A stretch of 64,000 nt of DNA from Endomicrobiia bacterium (GCA_025060535.1 JANXCA010000001.1:7730-71729); one strand, 5' to 3'. Shown: positions 10,633 to 21,782, counted from the stretch's first letter. A program made the numbers and translations. The notes: generated by a model not told the origin, from the letters alone.

Positions 10633-11498
10633 TACAATTTAGTAATTTCTAAAGAAAAATCTATATCTTTTGCAGAATGAGTTATACACCCTATTGAGAC
10701 AAAATCTATGTCTAAAGATAAAAATTTTTTTATTTTCTTTTCATTAATTTTACCTGACACTTCTATTTTTGTATTAGGTAGTTGATTTCTTATAATTTTT
10801 ATTACTTTTTTTAGTTGTTTATATTTCCAATTATCTAACATAATGATATCAGGTTTAATCTTTAAAGCAAGTTTTAATTCTCTAAAATTATTACACTCCA
10901 CCTCAATATCAGAAGTATAATCTAAGCGTTGTCTTACTCTATATAAGATCTCTTCTATGGGGAGTTTATTTAACTCACACACCTTAATATGATTATCCTT
11001 TATTAACACCATATCATCAAGTTGAAATCTATGGTTTTTCCCTTTACCACAAAGAACCGCATATTTTTCAAGATATCTTAAACCCGGATGTGTTTTTCTA
11101 GTGTCATATATATCAAACTTTCCTTTAGACATTCTTACAAATTTATAAGTATAAGTAGCTATCCCACTAAGATGTTGTAAAAAATTTAACGCTACTCGCT
11201 CTCCAGTAAGAATTGCTCTTGCTGAACCTATAACATATGCTACCTCTTTATTAGGTTTAACTAATTCTCCATCAGAAACATTAGCACGCCAACAACAATT
11301 TTTATCTAACATTTTAAACACCTCTTTTGCTACAGGTAGGCCACATATTATCGATTTTTCTTTCACTATAATTTTTGCTGCTGCTTTTAAAGTTGGAGGT
11401 ATAATATTTTCAGTAGTGATGTCACCATCACCTATATCTTCTTCTAATGCAAGCTTTACTATTGATAAAATTTTTTTTCTGTCAAGTTTTATTTTCAT
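10632..11498 (-). CDS. nadC: Nicotinate-nucleotide pyrophosphorylase (quinolinate phosphoribosyltransferase)
   Basis: 288 aa; QPRTase family architecture; 1-nt overlap with rsmI. Confidence 0.8.
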   Translation of the reverse strand: MKIKLDRKKILSIVKLALEEDIGDGDITTENIIPPTLKAAAKIIVKEKSIICGLPVAKEVFKMLDKNCCWRANVSDGELVKPNKEVAYVIGSARAILTGERVALNFLQHLSGIATYTYKFVRMSKGKFDIYDTRKTHPGLRYLEKYAVLCGKGKNHRFQLDDMVLIKDNHIKVCELNKLPIEEILYRVRQRLDYTSDIEVECNNFRELKLALKIKPDIIMLDNWKYKQLKKVIKIIRNQLPNTKIEVSGKINEKKIKKFLSLDIDFVSIGCITHSAKDIDFSLEITKL

Positions 11499-11501
11499 AA
11501 A

Positions 11502-13484
11502 TTAACTAATTTTCATTTCTTTTAATTGTTTTATTTTTTCTCTATACATAATTGCCGTTTCAAAATCAAGAACTTCTGCAGATTTTTTCATTTCTTCTCC
11601 TAAAAATTTTATTATTTTATCTATGTTGTCTTTATTTATATACTCAATTTTAATATCCCTTATCTCTGAAATATGTTTATTTTTAGCCATATATTGAAAT
11701 TCTTCTAATTCCTTCACAGATTTAACAATACTTTTAGGAGTAATGTTGTGCTTTTTATTGTATTCCATCTGAATTTTTCTTCTTCTTTCCATTTCTTCTA
11801 TAGCTTTTTTAATAGAATTTGTAATTTTATCTGCATAAAGAATTATTCTACTATTTATATTCCTAGCAGCCCGTCCTGCAAGCTGAATTAATGTTGTCTC
11901 GTTTCTTAAAAAACCCTCTCTGTCAGCATCAAGTATACAAACTAAAGAAACCTCAGGCAAATCTAAACCTTCTCTTAATAAATTTACTCCTACAAGTACA
12001 TCGAATTCTCCTTTTCTAAGATCTTTAATTATATTTATTCTTGTCAGTGCATCTAAATCAGAATGGATGTATCTTACCCTATATCCCTCAGAGGCAAGGT
12101 ATTCAGCTAAATCTTCTGCAGTACGTTTCGTCAATGTGTTAACTAACACTCTTTCTTTGTTTTTTACTACAATCTTAATTTCCTTCTTCACATCCTCTAC
12201 TTGAGAAGAACTTGAACGAATATACACTGGTGGATCTACTAAACCTGTAGGTCTTACTATTTGCTCAACAACTCTACCTTTAGAAATATTTATCTCCCAT
12301 TCACTTGGAGTTGCTGAAGAATATATCACATAGTTAAGCAGACTTAAAAATTCATCAAATTTTAAAGGTCGATTATCTAAAGCAGAAGGTAATCTAAATC
12401 CATAATCTACAAGAGTTTGTTTTCTAGATCGATCACCTTCATACATTCCATAAATCTGTGGGATTGTTACATGAGATTCATCTATTATACACAAAAAATC
12501 TTTAGGAAAATAATCAATCAAACATCCAGGACGTTCTCCAGGTTTTCTTCCTGAAAGATGCCTAGAGTAGTTTTCAATTCCATGACAAAACCCAGTTGTT
12601 TCTAAAAGTTCTAAATCGTTCATCGTACGACGATAAATTCTTTCTGCTTCAAGAAGTTTACCTTGTGATTTAAAAAATTCCACTCTCTCATCAAGTTCTT
12701 TTCTTATATTTTTTAATGCTTCTTCAAATTTTGGTGATGTAGTAACAAAGTGACTTGCTGGATAAATATAAAATTTTGTATGCTCTCTTATTACTTCGTT
12801 TGTTAATGGTTTCAATTCTTTTATATAAACTATTTCATCATCTTTTATTTTAACTCTTATGAAATTTTCAAGATAAGATGGCCATATATCAATAATATCT
12901 CCTTGATATCTAAATTTGTTACGAGTAAAATCAATATTATTTCTTTCATATCTTATTTTCACAAGTTCAGAAGTAAGAAAATCCATTGAAATTTTCTTGC
13001 CTACTTCAATATAAACACACAAATTTTTAAAATCCTCTGGTGATCCAATGTTATAAATACAGGAAACAGAAGCAACAACAATTACATCATCCCTAGATAG
13101 TAAGCTTGTAGTTGCCTTTAACCTTAATCTATCAATTTGTTCATTAATAGATGCATCCTTTTCTATATAAGTATCTGTCTCAGGAAGATATGCTTCTGGT
13201 TGATAATAATCATAATAAGAAATAAAATATTCAACAGCATTATTGGGAAAAAATTCTTTAAATTCAGAATAAAGTTGCGCTGCCAAGGTTTTATTGTGTG
13301 AAATAACTAATGTGGGTTTCTGAACTTTTGCAATTACATTTGCTAATGTGAATGTTTTACCAGAACCAGTTACACCTAATAAAACTTGATGTTTATAGTT
13401 TTTTTTAATACCTTCCACAAGTTGTTTAATAGCTTTAGGTTGATCTCCAGCTGGCTTAAATTTTGAGATGAGTTTAAATTTCAT
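11502..13484 (-). CDS. uvrB: Excinuclease ABC subunit B
   Basis: 660 aa; Walker A LLGVTGSGKT, helicase motifs, C-terminal UvrB/UvrC interaction domain. Confidence 0.95.
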   Translation of the reverse strand: MKFKLISKFKPAGDQPKAIKQLVEGIKKNYKHQVLLGVTGSGKTFTLANVIAKVQKPTLVISHNKTLAAQLYSEFKEFFPNNAVEYFISYYDYYQPEAYLPETDTYIEKDASINEQIDRLRLKATTSLLSRDDVIVVASVSCIYNIGSPEDFKNLCVYIEVGKKISMDFLTSELVKIRYERNNIDFTRNKFRYQGDIIDIWPSYLENFIRVKIKDDEIVYIKELKPLTNEVIREHTKFYIYPASHFVTTSPKFEEALKNIRKELDERVEFFKSQGKLLEAERIYRRTMNDLELLETTGFCHGIENYSRHLSGRKPGERPGCLIDYFPKDFLCIIDESHVTIPQIYGMYEGDRSRKQTLVDYGFRLPSALDNRPLKFDEFLSLLNYVIYSSATPSEWEINISKGRVVEQIVRPTGLVDPPVYIRSSSSQVEDVKKEIKIVVKNKERVLVNTLTKRTAEDLAEYLASEGYRVRYIHSDLDALTRINIIKDLRKGEFDVLVGVNLLREGLDLPEVSLVCILDADREGFLRNETTLIQLAGRAARNINSRIILYADKITNSIKKAIEEMERRRKIQMEYNKKHNITPKSIVKSVKELEEFQYMAKNKHISEIRDIKIEYINKDNIDKIIKFLGEEMKKSAEVLDFETAIMYREKIKQLKEMKIS

Positions 13485-13491
13485 ATATTGG

Positions 13492-14253
13492 TTATATTTT
13501 AAAATCTTTAAAAAAATCTCCTAACATTTTTATCTCAACATAATTAGTGATATCAAATGTCAAAGGAGTAATGGAAATATATCCATTCTCTACAGCAGAA
13601 ACATCGGAAGATGGTTTTTTTTTAGATGAATTTTTGACTAATTTACTTTTTAACCAATAATAAGGAAGACCTATAGGGTCCTTTTTTTTATGCACAACAT
13701 CTTCATATCTTCTTTCTCCTAATGATGTTATTTTTATACCTTTTGGTTTTCCTTTAGGAAAGTTTATATTTAGGAAGTATTTTCTATGTGGTGTGCTATT
13801 CTTCATAATATATTCTACTATCATTCTTACAAATTTTGAAACTAAATCATAATTATTCCCTAAAGCAGAAACTGCTATCCCTGTAGTATTTAGAAACACT
13901 GCTTCTCTTGCTGCAGCAACTGTGCCAGAGTAGTTTACATCTTGACCTAAATTCGGACCTTGATTTATCCCAGAAATCACTATATCTGTTTTAAATTTCT
14001 GAAATTCTATAATACCCAATCTAACACAATCCGCAGGTGTACCTGAAACTAGTTTTATATTATAACTATCCAATTTAACATCTCTTACTCTCACAGGCAC
14101 ATATAAACTCAATGAATGACTAATTGCAGACATTTCTTTTTCAGGGACAATCACACATATATTTCCGATCTTCTCCATCTCTTTTATTAATGGTATTAAA
14201 CCATAACTAAATAAACCATCGTCATTGGTGATAAGTATATTATATTTTTTCAT
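13492..14253 (-). CDS. surE: 5'/3'-nucleotidase SurE
   Basis: N-terminal ILITNDDG motif; 253 aa. Confidence 0.85.
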   Translation of the reverse strand: MKKYNILITNDDGLFSYGLIPLIKEMEKIGNICVIVPEKEMSAISHSLSLYVPVRVRDVKLDSYNIKLVSGTPADCVRLGIIEFQKFKTDIVISGINQGPNLGQDVNYSGTVAAAREAVFLNTTGIAVSALGNNYDLVSKFVRMIVEYIMKNSTPHRKYFLNINFPKGKPKGIKITSLGERRYEDVVHKKKDPIGLPYYWLKSKLVKNSSKKKPSSDVSAVENGYISITPLTFDITNYVEIKMLGDFFKDFKI

Positions 14254-14279
14254 TATTTCATAAATAATAATTAAAATAA

Positions 14280-15830
14280 TTATCTAGCATAATCCTCTAC
14301 TCTTACTTCCCTAATTACCACTACTTTTATCTGCCCAGGATAGTCTACTTCCTCTTCTATCTTTTTTGAAATATCTCTGGCTAAAATACTAATTTGGCTA
14401 TCATTTATTTTCTCTGCATCCACCAAAACTCTTAGCTCTCTACCTGCATAAATCGCATATGCGTTTTCTACACCTTTAAATGATTTTGCTATTTGTTCTA
14501 TTTTTTCTATGCGTTTTACATAATGTTCAACAGTATCTTGTCTTGCACCAGGTCTTGAAGCAGATATTGCATCAGCTGCTGCCAAAATAAATGCTTCTAA
14601 ACTTTTAGGTTCAACTATTCCTTCATGATGAGACAAAATTGCATTTATCATTTTTTCTGATTCACCATATTTTCTAGCAATATCTGCAGAAATCTGATGA
14701 TGCGCTCCTTCGACTTCATGACTTACTGCTTTTCCTATATCATGAAGCAAACCAGCCCTTTTACAAAAGTTGATATCTGCTCCTAACTCTCCAGCAATAG
14801 CACCCGCTATTAAAGCCACTTCTTTTGTATGTTGAAGTTGATTTTGACCATAAGAAGTTCTAAATTTAAGTTTTCCTAATAATTTTAAAATATAAGGATC
14901 TAATCCAAATACACCCACCTCCATTGCTAAATCTTCTCCTATTTTTTTAACATGTTCCTCAAATTCTGCTTTAGTTTTATTTACTATTTCTTCAACTCTA
15001 GCTGGATGAATTCTACTATCTTGAATAAGTCTTTCCATAGCAATCTTTGCTATCTCTCGCCTTACAGGATCAAAAGATGAAATAACCAATGTCTCTGGAG
15101 TATCATCTACTATAACATCTACACCTGTGAGTTGTTCAAATACTCTAATATTTCTTCCTTCTCGACCAATAATTCTTCCTTTTAGATCATCCGGAATAGA
15201 AATTATGGTGGTAGTATTATCAATAGCAACTTCTGAAGCTATTCTCTGCATAGCAGTAACAAGTATTTCTTTGGCCTTTTTGTCAACTGTTTCTTTGAAC
15301 TCTTCTTCATATTTTTTAAGTTTTACCGCAAATTCATTTTTTACATCTTCTTCTAAACTTTGAAGCAGTATTTTTTTAGCTTCTTCTTGAGATAAACCAG
15401 ATATTCTTTCAAGAATTTGCCTCTGTTTTTCTTGTTGTTGTAAAAGTAACTTTTTTTCTTCCTCTAATTTTAAATACTCTTGTTTGATTTTATTTTCTTT
15501 CTCATATAACTCTTTCGTCCTTTTGTCTATAATTTCATACTTTCTATCTATTGCTTCTTCTTTAGCTCTTATTTTTCTTTCCCAAGCAAGAAGTTCCTGT
15601 CTGTGTTCTCTATTTGACCGCTCTAATTCTGCTCTTTCTTTTTCAATTATATATCGTGCCTCTTGTTTTGCTTTTTTAATCTCTTCTTCTGATAATTTTT
15701 TAGCTTCCTCTAAAATTTTTTTTGCTTGCATCTCAATAGATGCAAAAGATCTTTTAGCATAAAGATATCTTAATAAATAACCTATAATGACTCCTATAAT
15801 TAGAAATATAACCATTACTAAGATATTCAT
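14280..15830 (-). CDS. rny: Ribonuclease Y (N-terminal TM, coiled coil, KH and HD domains)
   Basis: 516 aa. KH region ([12 protein letters not shown]). HD domain (HSxEV, HDIGK). Confidence 0.9.
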   Translation of the reverse strand: MNILVMVIFLIIGVIIGYLLRYLYAKRSFASIEMQAKKILEEAKKLSEEEIKKAKQEARYIIEKERAELERSNREHRQELLAWERKIRAKEEAIDRKYEIIDKRTKELYEKENKIKQEYLKLEEEKKLLLQQQEKQRQILERISGLSQEEAKKILLQSLEEDVKNEFAVKLKKYEEEFKETVDKKAKEILVTAMQRIASEVAIDNTTTIISIPDDLKGRIIGREGRNIRVFEQLTGVDVIVDDTPETLVISSFDPVRREIAKIAMERLIQDSRIHPARVEEIVNKTKAEFEEHVKKIGEDLAMEVGVFGLDPYILKLLGKLKFRTSYGQNQLQHTKEVALIAGAIAGELGADINFCKRAGLLHDIGKAVSHEVEGAHHQISADIARKYGESEKMINAILSHHEGIVEPKSLEAFILAAADAISASRPGARQDTVEHYVKRIEKIEQIAKSFKGVENAYAIYAGRELRVLVDAEKINDSQISILARDISKKIEEEVDYPGQIKVVVIREVRVEDYAR

Positions 15831-15853
15831 AATTCTAACTCCTTTCTTAGAAA

Positions 15854-16426
15854 TTAAACTTGAATAAAAAAGTTCTCAGAAAGCACACAACTAACTCGAA
15901 CATCATATTCTTCAACAGGTAAAAAATCTATTATTTGGAAATCATAACAAATTCCGCAACTAAAACTTTTTGCTTTCTTTAATAATCTATCGTAATACCC
16001 ACCTCCATAACCAATTCTAAAACATCTTTTATCAAAAACTATTCCTGGCACTAATATAAAATCTATTATTTCTAAACTATCTATATCTCCATCATTTTCT
16101 AATTTTGTGGGCTCATATATCCCAAATTTATTCTTTACAAATTTTCCATTATATTTTCTTATTAAAAGTTCTTTATGCTCAAAATCTATTACAGGAAAAT
16201 AAAAATTTTTATTCTTATATTTTAATAACTCTAAAGTATCTATTTCTTTCTTAAATGGATAATAAATTAAAATATTTTTTGATAATTTAAATTTTTCTAA
16301 TTCAACCAATCTTTCAATAACTTTGCTACTTTTTTCTTTTACCTCTATATCGGATAATTTTTCCCTTAATTCTAAAAATTTTTTTCTTAAAAACTGTTTT
16401 TTTTCTGTTTTATCATCTCTCTCCAT
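15854..16426 (-). CDS. 5-formyltetrahydrofolate cyclo-ligase family protein
   Basis: 190 aa; MTHFS-like C-terminal GYGGGYYDR motif. Its 5' end overlaps rarA by 40 nt, so the true start may be downstream. Confidence 0.65.
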   Translation of the reverse strand: MERDDKTEKKQFLRKKFLELREKLSDIEVKEKSSKVIERLVELEKFKLSKNILIYYPFKKEIDTLELLKYKNKNFYFPVIDFEHKELLIRKYNGKFVKNKFGIYEPTKLENDGDIDSLEIIDFILVPGIVFDKRCFRIGYGGGYYDRLLKKAKSFSCGICYDFQIIDFLPVEEYDVRVSCVLSENFFIQV

Positions 16427-17688
16427 CTCTCTAATCTCTGTTTTATTTCTTTCTCTTTGCCAATATCTTTAGGAAAATAAAAAAATTTTCTTGTATTCAT
16501 ATATTTTTGGACCACAAAACCATCCTCAAAGTCATGAGGATAAAGATAACCTTTACCATGTCCTAAAAATTTTTCATCTCTATGACCGTCCTTAAGATGT
16601 TGGGGAACTTCTTCAATTAAGCCTTTGTTTATTTCTTCTTTTACTCTATTTAAAGCTTCATAACATGCATTTGATTTTTCAGCACAAGATAGATAACACA
16701 CTACTTGTGCCAAAATTATTTCCATCTCAGGCATACCTACAAACTCAGCTGCCTCTAAAGCAGAAGTTGCTAAAACTAAGGCAAAAGGATCAGCATTACC
16801 TATATCTTCTGAGGCTAAAATTATAAGTCTTCTAATTATATATCTTGGATCTTCACCAGCCATAAGCATTTTCTGCATCCAATAAAGAGCGGCATCAGGA
16901 TCTGAACCACGAATTGATTTAATAAGTGCAGAAATATGGTCATAATGATAATCAGATTTTTTATCATACTTAAAAGAAACAGAAGGAATACATTGTTTTA
17001 TTATATCCAAACTTATATTATTACTTTTTATCCCAATTAAGTAAGAACAAACTATATCAATTACATTTAATGCTTTCCTTGCATCTCCATCTGAATATTT
17101 AACAATATATTCAATAGCATCTGGTTGTATTTCAAATTTATACCTACCTAAACCATTCTCCTCATCAGACAAAACTCTTTCTATAATAATTTTTATATTT
17201 TCTTCAGAAAGTTTTTTAAATTCAGCAACAAATGAACGCGAAATCAATGCTTGATTCACATAATAATATGGATTCTCAGTTGTCAAACCAATAAGAATTA
17301 TATTTCCACTCTCAATTTCAGGCAATAATATATCTTGTTGGTATCTGTTAAAATGATGAATCTCATCAAGTATCAAAATTATCCTGTTAGATGACTTATA
17401 TTTTAGATTTTTAATCATCTCTTTAAGCTCAGAAATACCCACTAATGTTGCATTTGTTTCTATAACTTCGGATTTTGTTTTTTTAGCTATAAGTTTAGCT
17501 AAAGCTGTCTTGCCTGTACCAGGAGGGCCAAATAAAATTAAAGAAAAAATTTTATCTTGTTCTATTAAATTCCTCAAAACAGAATTCTTACCCAAAAGAT
17601 GCTCTTGCCCAACAAACTCATCAAAATCTTTGGGTAAGAATTTACTAGCTAATGGAAGATTTTTTTGATGAATAGAAAATAAATTCAT
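16387..17688 (-). CDS. rarA: Replication-associated recombination protein A (AAA+ ATPase MgsA/RarA)
   Basis: Walker A GPPGTGKT; Walker B ILILDEIH; MgsA C-terminal helical domain. Confidence 0.85.
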   Translation of the reverse strand: MNLFSIHQKNLPLASKFLPKDFDEFVGQEHLLGKNSVLRNLIEQDKIFSLILFGPPGTGKTALAKLIAKKTKSEVIETNATLVGISELKEMIKNLKYKSSNRIILILDEIHHFNRYQQDILLPEIESGNIILIGLTTENPYYYVNQALISRSFVAEFKKLSEENIKIIIERVLSDEENGLGRYKFEIQPDAIEYIVKYSDGDARKALNVIDIVCSYLIGIKSNNISLDIIKQCIPSVSFKYDKKSDYHYDHISALIKSIRGSDPDAALYWMQKMLMAGEDPRYIIRRLIILASEDIGNADPFALVLATSALEAAEFVGMPEMEIILAQVVCYLSCAEKSNACYEALNRVKEEINKGLIEEVPQHLKDGHRDEKFLGHGKGYLYPHDFEDGFVVQKYMNTRKFFYFPKDIGKEKEIKQRLERWREMIKQKKNSF

Positions 17689-17744
17689 AATTTTAACAAA
17701 AATAATATAAAAAGGAGTAAATTAAGGAAGGAATTTATGGAATG

Positions 17745-18059
17745 TTAATTATTAGGATTTTCTTCTAAATATTTACTTATTTCTTCTATAAGAGAATTAA
17801 TTTTTAATTCCAAATTTATGACCTTCTCTTCTGCTTTTTTCTCCAAATTAAATTTTTCTTTTGCTATTTCTAATGAAGTATATGCGTAACTCCTCATAGT
17901 ATCAACTTGATACTGTTTAACTTCATTAAACTTTTTATTAACATGATCAGCTACAAGCTCAAAAAACATCTTTTCTATAGGAGAATCAATATCCAAAAAA
18001 ATTTCTTGTGTACCTATCTTTACTGAAAATCTTTCAGTAATTTCTTGCTTATTTACCAT
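17745..18059 (-). CDS. ZapA-like cell-division protein (tentative)
   Basis: 104 aa. N-terminal beta segment (FSVKIGTQEIFLDIDSP) followed by a helical/coiled-coil tail, matching the ZapA fold pattern. Weak call. Confidence 0.4.
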   Translation of the reverse strand: MVNKQEITERFSVKIGTQEIFLDIDSPIEKMFFELVADHVNKKFNEVKQYQVDTMRSYAYTSLEIAKEKFNLEKKAEEKVINLELKINSLIEEISKYLEENPNN

Positions 18060-18159
18060 AAAACCTTCCTTAATTTACTCCTTTTTAATATAAAAATAAT
18101 ATAAATTTAAAAAATAGAAGTCAATACTTAAAAAATCTTAAAAAATTTTAAAAAATTTA

Positions 18160-18435
18160 TTAAAACGCTTCAGAAATTTTATCTATCAACTTTTTGATTT
18201 TTTGTTTCACAATTTCTGTTTTAGATTGTAGATTTAGATAATCTTTATAGAAATTTTGAAGTTTTTTGTTTTCTTCTTTTAAAAGTTTTATATCACTATT
18301 CAAACGAGTATTCTCTGCTTTAAGAAATTCAATCTGTTTTATAAATTCCTTTAATTTTATCTCTAATAATGAAATTTGGTTTTCTAAATTTTCTAATCTA
18401 CTTAACAAATTGTGATAGCCTTTTATATCATTCAT
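18160..18435 (-). CDS. Small coiled-coil protein (ZapB/DUF904-like?), translationally coupled to the last hydrogenase-operon gene
   Basis: 91 aa, heptad-rich. Its ATG overlaps the upstream TAA stop by 1 nt (TAATG at 18437-18433). Confidence 0.3.
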   Translation of the reverse strand: MNDIKGYHNLLSRLENLENQISLLEIKLKEFIKQIEFLKAENTRLNSDIKLLKEENKKLQNFYKDYLNLQSKTEIVKQKIKKLIDKISEAF

Positions 18436-19106
18436 TATTTACTCTTTAATAAATATCCATATTCATCAAATAAAAATATTCTTCTTCTACATTTAGGACA
18501 TAAAATTTCATATAAATTTTCTCTTTGATAAAACTGAAAAAATTTTTTTTCTTTAAAAGGAAAATTCAATTTTTCATTTATTACCTGTAGTAAGTTTATA
18601 TTTCCAAAAGATTTATGACCAAGCTTTTGTATTATGTAAAGAAAGTGAGATTTTGTAGAAATAACACTTCTGCAATAAGAACATAAAATAAGTTCATGTT
18701 TTATCTCTTCTGATTTTAACGTTTCCCTATTAGTAGTAGCAAGTTCAAAATCTTTTGACATAACTACACCTGGTATTTTTTCATTTCTAGTAGTACAGTT
18801 TCTTGCACACTGAGCACAGAAAATACATTCATCATAAAACCATACTAAGTATCTTACACCAGAAACTATTTCAACAGAACCTTGAGATGTAAGTTCAGTT
18901 TTCAGTTCATCTTTAAGTTTAATCGCTCCCGTAGGGCATACCTCTACACAAGCTCCACAACCAATACACCCTTCCTGTGAGGGATCTGGCCTACCACGAA
19001 AACTCTCAGGTGGAATATGAGGTTCAAAGGGATATTTAGTAGTAGCAGGACCTTTAATCAAAGCTTTAATGGCTTCTTTTATTTCTCTTAATTTGGGATA
19101 TTTCAT
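18435..19106 (-). CDS. NuoI/MbhN-like 2x[4Fe-4S] ferredoxin subunit of the membrane-bound hydrogenase, with extra C-terminal CxxC...CxxC tail
   Basis: CIGCGACVEVCP and CIFCAQCARNC cluster motifs. C-terminal ~70 aa carries CSYCRSV...CPKCRRR (zinc-ribbon-like). Confidence 0.7.
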   Translation of the reverse strand: MKYPKLREIKEAIKALIKGPATTKYPFEPHIPPESFRGRPDPSQEGCIGCGACVEVCPTGAIKLKDELKTELTSQGSVEIVSGVRYLVWFYDECIFCAQCARNCTTRNEKIPGVVMSKDFELATTNRETLKSEEIKHELILCSYCRSVISTKSHFLYIIQKLGHKSFGNINLLQVINEKLNFPFKEKKFFQFYQRENLYEILCPKCRRRIFLFDEYGYLLKSK

Positions 19107-19441
19107 TTTATTCTTTCTTTATAATTTCTGTACTCATCACATACAGATTGCTGACACATTTTTACACCGGATTTATAAGCTGCTTTTGCTAAAGCATGAG
19201 ATGATACAGGTGACGTCAAAAATACAAAAATAATTATTAATAAGGCTTTTAAACCTATAATTGTAAAACCATAGTAGAAAAATACTCCAAAAAATATGCC
19301 ACAAGTTCCTAAGGTTACACATTTAGTAGATGCTTGTAACCTAGTATATACATCAGGAAATCTTACCAAACCCAAGCATCCTATTAAATCTGCTATTATT
19401 CCAATTGTTATAAAAAATAATCCTATAATTTCATTCATCAA
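19103..19441 (-). CDS. Mrp/Mnh antiporter subunit G-like (MbhC-like)
   Basis: 112 aa, 3 TM, MnhG/PhaG-like. Position and order within an mrpABCDEFG-type array. Confidence 0.65.
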   Translation of the reverse strand: MMNEIIGLFFITIGIIADLIGCLGLVRFPDVYTRLQASTKCVTLGTCGIFFGVFFYYGFTIIGLKALLIIIFVFLTSPVSSHALAKAAYKSGVKMCQQSVCDEYRNYKERIK

Positions 19442-19766
19442 ATTTTTTCCCCTCCAGGTATTTTGCTAAAGCTAAATTCCCTATAAATGATTGTAATGCC
19501 CAAGCTATTGCTACATCTATAAAAAATGCTGCTTTTGTAAAAACTGTAATAATTCCACATATACCTACTACTATAAGTCCCAAAATATCTGTAGCTACAG
19601 CTCGGTCTGCAGGTGAAGGTCCAAGAAATATCCTATAAAGACACAAAATTATACTCAAAATCATAGGATTTACAAATCTTATAATTAAATCCATTTTTAT
19701 AACTAAATTAGATATTATAAAAACAGCTATTAAAACTAAACAAATGATATAATTTATTTTTTTCAT
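19431..19766 (-). CDS. Mrp/Mnh antiporter subunit F-like (MbhB-like)
   Basis: 111 aa small membrane protein at the position between MrpE-like and MrpG-like. Confidence 0.6.
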   Translation of the reverse strand: MKKINYIICLVLIAVFIISNLVIKMDLIIRFVNPMILSIILCLYRIFLGPSPADRAVATDILGLIVVGICGIITVFTKAAFFIDVAIAWALQSFIGNLALAKYLEGKKFDE

Positions 19767-19780
19767 ATCATGAAAATAAA

Positions 19781-20287
19781 CTACTTACACGTAATTTTCA
19801 TTAGAATTTTTTCAAATTTATGAGCTATTTTTTTAGTAACAGCTTCCACGTCTACGTCTCTTACATATATCCAATGCACATAAATATATCCATTCTCTTT
19901 ATCTATATCAACACTCAAAGTACCTGGTGTCAATGTTATTGAATTTGCCAAAATTGTTAAAAATGCATCTGATTTTATACTAGTTTTAACTTTAACTATT
20001 CCGGGTTTTATTGGCATATTAGGTGATAAAATTCTATATGCTACATCTATATTGGCTTTTATTACTTCATAAAGGAAAATAATAATATAATATAAAAACC
20101 ATAAATACCTTTGTGGTTTTTTAAATGTCCACTCATTTTGAATATTAATATCTCCAAATAATAATATAAGTATAACACTACAAATAATACCGAATATTAC
20201 ATTATAAATTTCAAATCCAGACAAAATTATCCATACCAAAAAAACTAAACATATAAGAAAAATTTTCCTATACACTCTTATTTTCAT
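19781..20287 (-). CDS. Mrp/Mnh antiporter subunit E-like (MbhA-like)
   Basis: 168 aa with N-terminal TM pair; operon position. Confidence 0.55.
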   Translation of the reverse strand: MKIRVYRKIFLICLVFLVWIILSGFEIYNVIFGIICSVILILLFGDINIQNEWTFKKPQRYLWFLYYIIIFLYEVIKANIDVAYRILSPNMPIKPGIVKVKTSIKSDAFLTILANSITLTPGTLSVDIDKENGYIYVHWIYVRDVDVEAVTKKIAHKFEKILMKITCK

Positions 20288-21774
20288 TTTAAGATAAACT
20301 TAATATATAAATTTTCAGTGATAAATTTTATTACTCCATCAAATACTATATGTTTTATATTAGGATATAAAATTATTCCTGAAACAAAACACAAAATCGC
20401 TAATGTTAACATAGAAAACTGCATAAAAAAAGGAACTTCTTTTAAAAGTTTTGGACCTGTATTATATTTTTGTTCGGTATAAAAAGCATATTTTAGAACT
20501 TTTAAAAAACTAGCTAAAGTTAAAACACTTACTAAAGCCGCAATCAAAGCTAATAAGATATCTCTTTTTTCTAAACAAGCTATTATTATAATTAATTTTG
20601 ACCAAAAACCGTTAAAAGGAGGAATTCCTGCAATAGAAAAACTTCCTATTGTTGCAGAAAATGTAGTAATTGGCATTATTCTGTTTACATTATGATACTC
20701 CTTTAAGTTTCTAGTTCCAAAATTATACTCTAAAGCTCCACTTGTTAAAAATAGCAAAGATTTAAATAATGAATGATTAAATAAATGGAAAATACCACCC
20801 AAAATACCCATAGGAGTTGCAAGTCCAATTCCTAAAAAAATATATCCAACTTGACTAATAGAATGATATGCAAGAAGCCTTTTGTAATCCCACTGATATA
20901 AAGCAAGTATCACTCCAACAACCATAGATAAAGTTCCCAGATAACAAATCATCTTTAAGATTTTCTCATCTATAGGAAATACATTAAAGAATAACCTTAC
21001 TATCAAGTATACACCAAGTGTTTTAATAAGAACTCCAGAAAGCATTGCAGAAATTGGTGCCGGAGCTGAAGGATGTGCATCTGGTAACCACCAATGAAAA
21101 GGAACTATTGCTGCTTTAATAACAAAACCAATCATAAATATAAACATTATTACTCTAATAATAAGTTTGTCTTCAGATAATATCAAAATAGAAGCAATAT
21201 CTGCTAAGTTCAATGTAGATGTATAAGCATATATTAAAACTATACCTAATAAAATTAAACCTGTAGAGATAGACCCTAACACCATATATTTAAAGGATGC
21301 TTCTAATTCTTCCTTTTGAGTACCAAAAGCAACGAGTCCATATGAAGCAATAGTTGCTATTTCTAAAAACACAAATATATTGAATATATCTCCACTTATT
21401 ATAACACCATTCATGCCAGCAAGCATTAATTCAAACAAAGAGTAAAACCCCCACTTCTCTGTATATTTTTCAATATATGACACAGAATATATACCTACTA
21501 AAAATGCAACTAAGTTTACTGTAAACAACATAAAAACACTAACAGGATCGGCTACAAGAGCAACTCCATATGGAATTTTCCATCCCCCTACTTCATATAC
21601 AAAAATATTATTGTTTAATGTGTTAATTTTATAAATCCATATAATACATAAAATTAAAACTACAAAATTTATAAGATTTACAAAAACCTCAGAAAATAAC
21701 TTTAAAAATCTTCCAACCATAGTATTAATAAAAGCAGCAAATAACGGTAGAACAACAAAAAGTGGTAAAGTCAT
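20284..21774 (-). CDS. MrpD/NuoN-like proton/sodium-translocating antiporter subunit
   Basis: 496 aa, ~14 TM, NuoL/M/N family signatures (WLPDAH..AP). Confidence 0.85.
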   Translation of the reverse strand: MTLPLFVVLPLFAAFINTMVGRFLKLFSEVFVNLINFVVLILCIIWIYKINTLNNNIFVYEVGGWKIPYGVALVADPVSVFMLFTVNLVAFLVGIYSVSYIEKYTEKWGFYSLFELMLAGMNGVIISGDIFNIFVFLEIATIASYGLVAFGTQKEELEASFKYMVLGSISTGLILLGIVLIYAYTSTLNLADIASILILSEDKLIIRVIMFIFMIGFVIKAAIVPFHWWLPDAHPSAPAPISAMLSGVLIKTLGVYLIVRLFFNVFPIDEKILKMICYLGTLSMVVGVILALYQWDYKRLLAYHSISQVGYIFLGIGLATPMGILGGIFHLFNHSLFKSLLFLTSGALEYNFGTRNLKEYHNVNRIMPITTFSATIGSFSIAGIPPFNGFWSKLIIIIACLEKRDILLALIAALVSVLTLASFLKVLKYAFYTEQKYNTGPKLLKEVPFFMQFSMLTLAILCFVSGIILYPNIKHIVFDGVIKFITENLYIKFILK

Positions 21775-21782
21775 AAAATTAT

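Noticed and set aside
15854-16426. 40-nt overlap between the 5-FTHF cyclo-ligase ORF and rarA, as a sign of a frameshift/pseudogene
   Set aside because: Both proteins look full-length with intact motifs. The overlap is more simply explained by an alternative (non-ATG or downstream) start for the cyclo-ligase.
18160-18435. Firm annotation of the 91-aa coiled-coil protein as ZapB, and the 104-aa neighbour as a ZapA/ZapB pair
   Set aside because: Coiled-coil composition alone is not diagnostic. The gene is translationally coupled to the hydrogenase operon instead. It is kept as a hypothetical with low confidence.
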